Source: Octopus sinensis
Taxonomy: Eukaryota
DNA length: 64,000 nt
Assembly (NCBI RefSeq): GCF_006345805.1
Contig: NC_043003.1
Span: 65,596,001-65,660,000, forward strand
Reading direction: 5' to 3'
In this document: positions 27,651-39,520 of the stretch, one piece after another
How positions within the stretch are numbered: position 1 is the first letter of the stretch
How the letters are laid out: every line of letters starts with the position of its first letter
Made by a program: the position numbers and the translations under genes
The notes under the pieces: model-generated
What the model saw: only the letters and a program-made list of their open reading frames with translations
Told to the model about the DNA's origin: nothing
Databases searched by the model: none

Positions 27651-28254
27651 TCATATCGATACATACATAGGTAAGTGTGAGCATGCGTAGATGCACCAGT
27701 TAGCTCATATGTCACACCACCCTCATATCAGAAGGACCTCTCATTCACTCTCATTGAAATATTATTTCCTGCCACTCCAAATTATATAATATTCTCTTTT
27801 GTCTTCCTGAGTGTCTCTCTCTCCTCTCTCTTTCTCCCTCTCCCTCTCTCTCTCTCTCTCTCATTCTTCTTTTCTTCTGTATCTCTCATCCTCTATTTTT
27901 CCCTTCCTTTTATTTTATCCTTCTCTCTCTCCCTCTCTCTCTGTTTCGCCATTGCAAAAGACAGAAAGTTAATAGCAACTTAAATATATGTTTACTACCT
28001 GCTAACTGTATATTCGTTATGAATCTTCCATGAAGTCAATATTACTATCAGTGATTTATTATAAAACAAACGATGACGTTTTCTTTGTCGCAATCATTTT
28101 ACATTGAACATCGACAGCAAGTATTAACACTGGCATTTGTTGCCGTGGAGTATTGCTATGCATCATAAATATTAGGCAACAGTTTTATTGTATAATATTC
28201 GTTATTAACTTTGTGGTTTTATGGTATTGGTGGTAGTGACTATTAAGCTGAAAA

Positions 28255-28520
28255 ACGGGAAGGATCTTTAGAGCATTGAAATAAGGTTTCACGGCCCTTT
28301 TTGCCCTTCTTTGGATTTTAAGCTCAAATGCCTCCTATGTTGGCTTTGCCTTTATTCTTCTGGGGTTTGATAAAATGAAGTACCAGTCAAAATCCTGGGG
28401 TTGATTAAAATGAAGTACCAGTCAAAATCCTGAGGTTGATAAAATGAAGTACCAGTCAAACTCCTGGGCTTGATGTAATCGGTTACCAGGTCCCCGAAAA
28501 TCCAGGGCCTTGTGTTGTTC
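28255..28520 (+). mobile_element. Family-A SINE with an internal ~35-bp tandem triplication
   Basis: CTGGGGTTGATAAAATGAAGTACCAGTCAAAATC repeated ~3.3 times at 28360-28474 within a SINE body. Confidence 0.8.
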
Positions 28521-28852
28521 TTAGAAAGCTGTATTAAACCGTTAGGGGGGCATCGCGCTAATCGGCGCAACGGAGATTTGAAGAAAATACTTTGTTCCTG
28601 ACATTTTCCTTCTGAGTTCAAATGCCACCGATGTTATTCTTTTATTTCTTTCAGTTATTAGATTACGCCCATGCTAGGGCACTGCATTGAAGAATTTTTA
28701 GTCGAATGAATCGACGCCAGTTAAGTTACCATTCTTTAGAATGTCTATAAAACACTATACCAATCAAGTATTGGGTTGATAAAGTCTATTATTCGCTCCA
28801 CTCAAAATTTCTGACCTTGTGTCTAAATCGGAAACCTGTTATTAAAGAGACA

Positions 28853-28854
28853 TG

Positions 28855-28887
<33 letters not shown>

Positions 28888-29077
28888 GCTGCTGCTGCTT
28901 TTTTTTTGCGTATCCCTCAGTCAAGGAAATAGGCTTAGGAAGAGGAAGATTCCAAATGTGGCCACCCTGTTTCGTTATCGGTATTTAGAGAAGCATAATA
29001 TTCGATGTCCCTTTTCGTTGCTTGCTTGTTGTTTGATTTTATTTTTCATAGATTCAAAAGAGTTAGAGAGAGAGGGG

Positions 29078-29109
<32 letters not shown>

Positions 29110-30008
29110 AGGGCGCGAGGGAGATAGGTAGTGAGATCTAACTGTTATTTCTTGTGGTACGAAAAATAACGTCATAACCTTTCCTTCCACTTTGATCATT
29201 CAATCTTATTGAATGGTGAAGAATTGTACTTGACTGGTACTTTGAGACTTATCGCAGCTGTGGTAGTAACTGTAGCAGTCGAAGTGAAAATCTACTTCTT
29301 TTTCTGGTTTTCAATTTTTTTATTTTTTACCTAACGAGGTAGAATGATACTAAACTGTACTAAAGATTAAATTACGAAGGTGATAAGGGTGATATAGCTT
29401 TTACATTCTGAGACATAAACTTTCAAGCACAGTAAACTCATTCTCACGTACCATTTGCATCTTTTAATCTGGCTCCGTTTGGATGTAATGGAGAATTTAG
29501 CTAGTAGTTCTAGTCTGACGAGTAACTAAAGGTGGTTCGGTTTAGTGGTTTTTTGCCATTAACCGCAAAAAACCACTAAACCGAACCACCTTTAGTTACT
29601 CGTCAGACTAGAACTACTAGCTAAATTCTCCATTACATCCAAACGGAGCCAGATTAAAAGATGCAAATGGTACGTGAGAATGAGTTTACTGTGCTTGAAA
29701 GTTTATGTCTCAGAATGTAAAAGCTATATCACCCTTATCACATTCGTAATTTAATCTTTAGTACAGTTTGGTATCATTCTACCTCGTTAGGTAAAAAATA
29801 AAAAAATTGAAAACCAGAAAAAGAAGTAGATTTTCACTTCGACTGCTACAGTTACTACCACAGCTGCGATAAGTCTCAAAGTACCAGTCAAGTACAATTC
29901 TTCACCATTCAATAAGATTGAATGATCAAAGTGGAAGGAAAGGTTATGACGTTATTTTCGTCCTACAAGAAATAGCAGCTAGATCTCACTACCTATCTCC
30001 CTCGCGCC

Positions 30009-30048
<40 letters not shown>

Positions 30049-30250
30049 CCCCTCTTTCTCTAACTCTTTTGAATCTATGAAAAATAAAATCAAACAACAA
30101 GCAAGCAACGAAAAGAGACATCGAATATTGTTTCTCTAAATAAAGATAACGAAACAGGGTGGCCACATTTGGAATCTTTCTCTTCCTAAGCCAACTTCCT
30201 TGACTGAGGGTTACGCAAAAACAAAGCAGCAACAACAACAACAGCAATCA
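28853..30250. repeat. 1.4-kb near-perfect palindrome, 8-nt loop
   Basis: The left arm 28853-29556 is the reverse complement of 29565-30250; loop CATTAACC at 29557-29564. Confidence 0.98.
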
Positions 30251-30564
30251 TTGTTTGATTGCCGAAGGTGTAGTAGATGAAGTAGTATTTATGGTGATAT
30301 CTATAAAAGAACACTCGTGAGGTTAACTTCGGGTCAGCCCTAAACGTAGCACAACTATGTTCAGAGACCGCATATATTCCAGCTACGTCCATGCTGTCTT
30401 ATGTTAGTCACAGCATATGTAAGTTCACTGAAGTTTCTTCTTCGTAGACCAATTAATCTACTCAAAGAAATGGATTGCTATCTCTAAGCAATCGAGCGTT
30501 AGATTAGAGTTCTTCCGTGTCTGTGTGGTGGGTCTCTATTTTCAGTAATCTCTCTCCTCGTACT

Positions 30565-30830
30565 TTTAAAGCCTAGCCAGGCTCATGGGCCCGGTTTCCC
30601 GGTTTCAATGGCGTATGTGTTTCCCGGTTTCAATGGCGTATGTGTTTCCCAGCTGGATGGGACGCCATTCCATCGCAGCGTTACTCATTTTTTTCCAGCT
30701 GAGTGCACTGGAGAAACGTGAAATGAAGTGTTTTGCTCAAGAACACAACGCATCGCCCGGTCCAGGAATCGAAACAACAATCTTACGATCATAATGCTGA
30801 CAACCTAACCACTAAGCCACGCGCCTCCAC
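30565..30830 (-). mobile_element. tRNA-derived SINE family D with a 25-bp internal tandem duplication
   Basis: Minus head GTGGAGGCGCGTGGCTTAGTGGTTAGG..GTTTCGATTCC. GTTTCCCGGTTTCAATGGCGTATGT is duplicated at 30594-30643. Confidence 0.85.
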
Positions 30831-31904
30831 ATTTTCATTAATGATTGCTCAAAATTGTATTGCGATAATTCACTGTTAGTACGTGTGAATGGAGCTTCCC
30901 GCATACATGGGCGTTTTTAGATTGTTATGTATGTATATTTTTCTCGGTTATTTTACGTGTATTCGAATATCCTATGTAGAACAATTGTTTGTACACGCAT
31001 TAACACACCTATTAAGTTTTATTAACGTAGGTTTTTCATACTTGCTTCTTTATCATTTCTACTTTACATTGAACAATAGGTTTCCCAACCCAATAGCATT
31101 TTTAGTGGCCCTTATCATCTGAACGAAATGATAATAGCGCTAATTTGTTGTTGTTTTGTATAGTAAGCAATAAATGATCATGGAAATAATAATATACCAA
31201 GTAAACTCATTATCACCGGAAATTAATATTGATTAGCAATAAACTGCCAGTTAGTTTTATATTTATTTCACGCCCTGCGCAATATTTGTTTGGTGGATTT
31301 TATATTTTGTTTCAAGATTAACTTCTGTGGCTATACAAGTTATTTTTCATGGAATTCCACACAGGATCTTAGTGCGATCAACTAAAGTTATGTTGTCTAG
31401 TTTTTCTTTCCAGTTTTTCTTTTTTTGTGTTAAGCATTATAATACGCTGTGACTGTTTCTTTCGTGTAAATGCATGCTCATCGAACGAGAAAGATTCTTT
31501 TCTACCTATTAAAAATAAAACTTCTCCAAAACTTCGCTATTGATCTTTCATCCAGGTGTGAAGATGAAAATTAAAGAAATTTAAACAGTTATTGACTTTG
31601 TAAAATTAATTTTTTTGAACTTATCCTAATTAGGAAATATGAAAAATCCTCAACAAAATGAACGTTATACATACTTACGCACACACACATACACGCGCAA
31701 ACGCTTGGAGACGCACTGACACGGAAACATATATTAGATATTAGCACCGTCATGTCTTCTAAATAACATGGTTGAAAGAAACTTTAAAATCTGTTTTCCA
31801 TATAAATACACATACTTGAATAACGTTTGTTATTATGTTCAGTTAAAATGAATTAATCTCAAGGGTTTACCTACACTTTTGTAGTGTACGATTTTTATTA
31901 TTCT

Positions 31905-32115
31905 TTTCTACTCTAGGCACCAGGCCAACAATTTTGGGGAGATGGGTAGTCGATTATATCGACCCCAGTACGCAAGTGCTACTTAATTTATCGACCCCTG
32001 AAAGAATGAAAGCAAAGTTGACTTCGGTGGAATCTGAACTCAGAACGTAAGGCCAGACAAAACACCACTGAGCATTTAGCCCGGTGTGCTAACGCTTCTG
32101 CCAGATCACCGCCTT
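31905..32115 (-). mobile_element. Family-A SINE
   Basis: TCGATTATATCGACCCCAGTACGC..AAAGTTGACTTCGGTGGAATCTGAACTCAGAACGT. Confidence 0.85.
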
Positions 32116-32657
32116 ACGAATTTTATTATTCTGAAACCAGACCTGATAGTGAATTCGAAATTTCAACCAGCACTACGATAATGCCATAGCTGACCAAAGC
32201 TTCGAAGTCACAATTAATAATGTTCTTCTTGAAAAATTACACACACACACACACATACTATTTTACTCGTTTCAGCCATGCTGGAGCACCGGGGAAACAA
32301 TGATTTCGTTTCTGCCTGTGCTTGAAAGTGCTTGAAACTCTCAGCTTTGAAGAACTTTGTAACTTTTCTCAATTAAAAGAAAATAAATATAATAACATTA
32401 ATAATATACTCATATCTTCAACTCTAAGTATCCTGTTTGTACTATCAAAACAGCATATGTGTGTAATATATATATATATATATTATATATATATATATAT
32501 TACACACACACACACACACATAGTAAAGTTTATTTGGCAACATAATGTGGCAGTCCTGACTAAAACTGTTACTACTTTTTAACCCCAGGAAAACACACAC
32601 ACACACATGTATATGTATATATATATATATATATATACATATGTGTCTGTGTGTGTA

Positions 32658-32709
<52 letters not shown>

Positions 32710-33344
32710 TGTGTGTGTATGTGTAAACATATATATATACAAACATACACATGTACACGCAGGCACACGCAGGCACACGCATGCACACACACACAAACAC
32801 ACACACATTCTAGTATACAAATAAATGTAAAAGTATGTGTGTATTGGTACGTGTGTAAGTGTGTGTGTGTCTATGTGTGAGAGAGGTATATATATGTATA
32901 TAAGTCAGAGAGAACAAAAGCGTTGGGAGAAAAAGAAAGTGAAAGGGAGAGGAAAAGTGAGAGAAGGAAAGTGTGTGAAAGAGGAGAGAAGGGAGAGATA
33001 TAGATCAAGAAATAAAGAGAGAGGGAGTTGGGGAGAGTTACACTATTTTTCGCGTCGACGGCTTCTGCATTATATTGCAATGGTGGTTGTGACAGCGGCG
33101 ACGGATACCTGAAGCCATGAGTATATTGGCGACAATACTTGGGAAAGGCATTGCTAGTTGTTACAGCGGTAACTGCCGTGGCGGTGACGACGTTGATATT
33201 CGTTGTGCGGTTGTCAGAGTGACACAATACTCCTGTCACAACTGCAGGAGTATTATTAGGCGCAGATGGAGTTAAAATGGCGATGGAATTAGGCGGTTTA
33301 TAAAGATTTCGTAAAGCTGATTGTATTAGTGGATGTTGTGCCTG

Positions 33345-33950
<606 letters not shown>

Positions 33951-34199
33951 CATGCTGATTGTAATTTTTGGTTTAGGCAGTGTTTGTTGTTGTTTTGATC
34001 CATATCAGCCTTGATCCATATCATCCTTGAACGAACAAACCTATGATGAAACGATGCCATAGCATAGCCGCATTCTTTGGTCTGAAACATATGTACGAAA
34101 GGCGAGTTACAACCGTGGCCATCCTGTTTGTTTTTAATTTTGATTGTCTAGCTATTGCCGAACCCTGAAAACAATATTCAATGTAAACTTCTTTTATGA

Positions 34200-35110
34200 T
34201 GGCGTGGCTGTGTGGTAAAAAGATAGTTTCCCAATCTCATAGTTGCGGGTTCAGTCTCTCTTCGTTACATCTTGGGCGAGTGTCTTCTGTTATAACCTCA
34301 GACCAACCAAAGATTTGTGAATGAATTTGGTTGACGGAAAGTGAAAGAAGTCCGTCGTATATGTATGTGTGCATGCGCGCACGTGTGTGTGTGTGTTTGT
34401 GTATGTGTGTGTTCAAAGGTGTACTGAAAATTTCCTGTTTTGGGGGTAAAAAAAATATAATGGGGAATCAGTTAATTATGATTTTATTCAACATATTCTC
34501 CTCTCATATTCACTTGCATATTGCAGCAGTCCTTCAGTGTTTTCAAGTCATGTAAAAGAACTGGGAAGGTTGGGCCTTCAACCAGGTCTTTGGCGATACC
34601 CTTAAAGCCAGTATGTGTGTGTGTGTTCGTGTTTGTTCCTCTCCTCCCCACCGTTTGACAACTAGCGTTGGTGTGTGTATGTCCTATAACTTAGTGGTTT
34701 AGCAAAAAGAACCGATAGAATAAGTACCAGGCTATATTGTATGTTCCTTCTCGAGCCATTCCTGGCTCATAAGGGCCGGTTTCCCGGTTTCCTTAGCGTA
34801 ACGGTTCCCCCACTTGGACTGGACGCCGGTCCGTCGCAGGTGAGCTGCTATATGGAGGAGGAAAGAGTGAGAGAAAGTCGTGAAAGAGTTAGCAGAAGTT
34901 CGCCATTACCTTCTGCCGAAGTCGCGTGGAGCTTAGGTTTTTCGCTCGGTCTGAGATTCGAGCCCGCGATCCCTTGACCGCGAGGTCGCTGCTCTAACCA
35001 CAAGGCCATGTGCCTCCACTATCAGGCTATATAATAAAAAGAAATAATTATTAGGGTCGATTCATTCGAGTAAAATCATGACGGCGGCACTCCAGAATGG
35101 CTGCAGTCCA
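34200..35110 (+). mobile_element. SINE family E interrupted by an antisense family-D SINE (34745-35020)
   Basis: E head GGCGTGGCTGTGTGGTAA at 34200. The E 3' part resumes after 35020 (GGGTCGATTCATTCGA..CAGAATGGCTGCAGTC). The insert has a tRNA-like head on the minus strand near 35015. Confidence 0.75.
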
Positions 35111-35480
35111 ATGATCGAAGCAAGTAAAGAGAGGAAACCCAAACGTCTTGCTCAAGTCGGTGATTTGAGAGATAATTAGTAGCTTTTGCTCTTAATGAAA
35201 GTAAGGAAAAGCCATCACTGGTGGTGGAGGTGGTGGTTGCCGTCGTCGTTGTAGTTCGTTCTCGTCGTCGTAGTCGAAGTAGTAATGATTTTGATGATGG
35301 TGGTGATCATAATGGTTATGCTGAAGTGGAATGTAAGTTACCATTGCTGATATTGCCGTTATTTAGTCCCATCTCAATCCGGATCGAACAATAATTAAAC
35401 GGATTCGAACAACAACCTGTTTCTGTCTTTTTATTTTCGTTTGGGGAAGGGTTTCGTAGAATAAAATCTTGTCACATATT

Positions 35481-35805
35481 AGACACTAGGGTGTGATGTC
35501 AGAGAGATTTGCTGATATTTCCACGTATAAGATACTAGGGTGGGATGCTTGATATTTCCACATATAAAAATACTAGGGTTTGGTACGAGATATTTCTACG
35601 TTTAAGATACTAGGGTGTGATACATGATATTTCCACGAACAAGTCACTAGGATGTGATATGAGAGAGATTTGCTGATGTTTCCACGTATAAGATACTAGG
35701 GTTTGGTACGTGATATTTCCACGTATGAAATACTAGTGTTCGAAACGTGATATTTCTATGTTAGGGTGTGATTCGAGAGAGTTGGCAGGTATTTCCAGCA
35801 AGTCG
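35481..35805 (+). repeat. Minisatellite of 37/38- and 49-bp units
   Basis: ACTAG-anchored units start at 35484, 35533, 35571, 35608, 35645, 35694 and 35731 (spacing 49,38,37,37,49,37). Confidence 0.9.
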
Positions 35806-35999
35806 AGTGAAATTAATAAGGCCCCATCATTAATAGTGATAATTATGTGTATTACAATGTTTTCTTGTACTTGTAGCTACTTAGCCCTAGGTCAGACCTG
35901 ATCAAGGTAAACCATCCATGTCCTGTCCAGCCTTTGGTACGTTATAACTTTGTTTTTCCTCTTCTTTTACTTTTTTCCTGTTATTAAACTATGGTCATG

Positions 36000-36795
36000 C
36001 TGGATCATCAACTCGAAGAGTTTTAGCCGAAAGAATCGAATCCAGTCCATTTTTAAAGCCATGTACATATTCTACCAGTTTTTTTGTGAACTGCTAAGCC
36101 ACGGGGACGTAAACATAAGAACACCGGTTTTCAAGTGGTGTTAGAAAACAAAAACAGACACAAAGACACACACACACACACACAATCTCTCTCTCTCTGT
36201 CTCACACACAAAAATACACACACACATATATGCTTAGACGACGGGCTTCTTTCAGCTTCCGTCTAAAAAATTCGTTCACAAGACTTTGGTCGGCTCCAGG
36301 CTGCCCAAGGTACCATGCAGTGGGACTGAACCGGGAGTCATGTTCTTGGGAAGCAAGCTTCTTACCACACAGCCAGGACTAAAATATCTAATGAGCTGGG
36401 TTCTAATATTGGTTTCAAATTTTGGCAAGAGACCAGCAATTTTGAGGTAGGTGTGGGTGAGGTGAGATAAGCTCATTACATCGATTCTTTTGATCAACTG
36501 GTACTTATTTCATAGACCTCGGAAGAATAGAAAACAAAGTCGACCTTGGCTGAACTTGAACTTAGAACGTAAAGACGGACGAAATACTAGTGTCAACTTT
36601 TGGCACAAGACCAACAATTTCGGGGAGGAGATAAGTTGAGTACATGGACCCAGTATTCTACTGGTACTTATTTTATAATCTCCGAAAGGATGACAGTAAA
36701 AGCCAACCTGGGTACGATTTGAACTCAGTAAAGACAGACAAAATATTGCGAAACAATTTGCCCGACGCTCTAACTATTCTGCCAGCTCGCCGCCC
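36000..36795 (-). mobile_element. SINE family E (36000-36378) followed by family-A copies (36410-36795)
   Basis: Reverse-complement matches to the E and A copies elsewhere in the window. Confidence 0.8.
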
Positions 36796-37199
36796 TATGC
36801 TGGATTGTAATATTGGTTGTGATGGTGATGCAGTTGATAGCCATTATGATGGTGTTGTTAGTAAGGGATGCGGGAGGCGATGATTGCTTGCTAGCTGACT
36901 GGCTGGCTGGCTTGGTGGATGGTAATGTGACAATGGTGTTCCTGGCTGTGCTGAGCTGATGCCAGCTGCCGATGAGTCATACAGTTTTCCCCAGTTTTTA
37001 ATGTCTTACCTCTTCCACCATCGACAACACACAAAACACCCAACGCCCTCATACGCACACACACACACACACACACACACACCTATCTTCTCACACACAC
37101 ACACACGGACACACATATACACGCCCTCATTCACGCATATATTTCTCAAGCACATCGCGCTAAACTCGTCCTTCCATTTCAGGTCGCTTCATAGAATTT

Positions 37200-37223
37200 C
37201 ATCAACATCAGCAACATCAGCAA

Positions 37224-37254
<31 letters not shown>

Positions 37255-37547
37255 GTCGTCATCGTCGTCGTTGTTATTGTCGCTATCGCCATCTTCCCCT
37301 CCGTCGCTGCCACCATCACTGCCACTAAAACCAAAACCACCACCGCCCCCACCACTACCACCACCACCACCACCACACTACCCATTACTACCATGGCTAC
37401 TACCACCAACATTATTACCATCACCACCACCATATCATCATCAGCATCATCACCACCACCACCACCACCACCACCACCACCACCATCACCTCCATCATCA
37501 TCTCCATCATCATCTCCATCATCATCATCATCATCATCATCATTATT

Positions 37548-37587
<40 letters not shown>

Positions 37588-37589
37588 CT

Positions 37590-37635
<46 letters not shown>

Positions 37636-37830
37636 CATCATCATCATCATCATCATCACCATCATCACCATCATCATCGTCGTCGTCTTCGTCGTCGTCA
37701 TCATTTTCAATATTATCACCTTATCGTCACCAACAGCATTATTATCCAATTTCAGCTTATATTGTCTCCAAGATTCCGATTCCTTTTGCCCCATTGTTAA
37801 GAAGCTTGTTGATATTGTTGTTGTTGCTAA

Positions 37831-37884
<54 letters not shown>

Positions 37885-37920
37885 TGTATTTGTTGCCCTC
37901 CTTCTGGCTGTTATAATAGT
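37200..37920. repeat. Long compound triplet microsatellite (CAT)n/(CAC)n/(CGT)n/(ATT)n
   Basis: Directly visible; it accounts for the 332-aa poly-His/Ser/Ile ORF. Confidence 0.95.
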
Positions 37921-38889
37921 TATTTTCTTTTATTTCTTTTTCTTTTACTTGTTATAGCTTTATTTTGGCTTCTTTCTCCTTCTCTCCTTCTCTCCCCCCT
38001 CTACCTCTCTCCTTCCATATTTCCTCCAGTGATTTCGTTCCTTGCACATATATATCCCCCCACCACTTCTCAAATCCCTACCAAGCCCTCTTCCAGCCAT
38101 CACTGTCTTCTTCGACTCCATAGCCCAGTCCTTTTTAGAAACCACTTGCTCGCCTCAAGACGAAGGCTGCCTGTAGAAGAATGTCACATTTCTTAGCTTC
38201 TGTAACCTTCCTAACCTCACCTCATTCGCCCCACCGAACCCTTTAAATCTTCTTCCCATTACTTCTGTTCGCCCGTCCCTCACCCAATCCTTCTTGTATT
38301 GCATTCCATCGCATTACATTACACCGCTTTGCTTTCCTTTCCATTGCTTTGCTTTACATTGTATTGAATGGCAGGCACCATCTTATCCAGAAACACACCC
38401 CAACCAGCCTAACAAACCTCCGCTGTCTCTACCAAACATTCCATTAGACTGCCGTGATAAGCAACCTAACATCTGAGACGTAAAATGCAATTGGTTATTA
38501 ACGAGAAGAGAAAATGTCACGTGAATGTCTAGAAGATGGAAATTGATGCTGGTAGAAAACGGAAATGCTAGTGTTGGTTCTTGGTGTTGAGGGTGTTAGT
38601 AGCAATGTTGATTACAGTGGTTGTATTAACGATTTGGTTTATCCCCATAATTCAACTCTTAAGCAAGGCGTTCCACCACTGCCTATCCTGTCTTTTTGTA
38701 TTTAGTGTTCCTAGGAAATTATACTGGAAAAATAAAACGAAGCAATGCAAAAAACGGAAGTATTAGCGCTGGTTATCTTTGCTATTAAAGTTATGCAAGG
38801 CGTTCCATCTCTGCCTATCTCTACTTTCATTTACTGTTCCTACAAAATTATACTGACATAAAACGAAAGTGCTGCCGCTGGTTATTAGT

Positions 38890-39520
38890 AGCGGTGAGCT
38901 GATAGATTCGTTAGTACACTGGCCGAAATGCTTAGCGCTATTTCACCCGTCGCTATATTCCGAGTTCAAATTCCACCGAGGTCGACTTTGCTTTTCATCC
39001 TTTAGGGTCGATAAATTAAGTACCAGTTGTGTACGGGGGTCGATCTAATCGACTGGTGCCCTCCCCCAAAATTTCGGTCCCTATGTGCCTAGAGTTGAAA
39101 AGATTAGAGGGGTGAGCTGGCAAAATTGTTAAAACGCTAAACAAAATTGCTTAGCAGCATTTCGTCCGCTTTTCTGCACAGAGTTCAAAGTCTGCGGAGG
39201 TCGACTTTATCTTTCATCCTTTCGGGATTCGATAACATAAGTACCAGTTGATTACTGAGGTCGATGTAATGAACCTATCTCCCCTCGCCAAATCAATTTT
39301 GTGGTGGCTATTAAAGCGGTGAAGCAGGCCGGATGAAATGCTAAGGGGTGTTTCGTTATATTTTGTTCTGAGTTCAAATGCTGCCAATGTCAACTTGCCC
39401 TTTTCTCCTTTGAGGGTCGATAAAATACGTACCAGCTGAGGACTAGGGTCGATGGAATCATCTTAACCACCTCATCTCAACATGTTGGCCTTCTGCTAAA
39501 ATTTACAACCAATATTGTGC
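38890..39520 (+). mobile_element. Cluster of three family-A SINEs
   Basis: Three heads (GCGGTGAGCTG.., GGGGTGAGCTGGC.., GCGGTGAAGC..), each followed by a GTCGACTTT/GTCAACTT body. Confidence 0.8.

Noticed and set aside
29118-29138. Partial resemblance to miR-71 (GGTAGTGAGAT)
   Set aside because: Only the 3' part matches; the seed and precursor context are absent.
35481-35805. CRISPR-like periodicity (also 28360-28474)
   Set aside because: Whole units repeat without unique spacers, no cas genes are present, and the context is eukaryotic.
36959-37957. 332-aa ORF with poly-His/Ser/Pro/Ile
   Set aside because: It is a read-through of (CAT)n/(CAC)n/(ATT)n microsatellites, with overlapping ORFs on both strands and no domain-like sequence.
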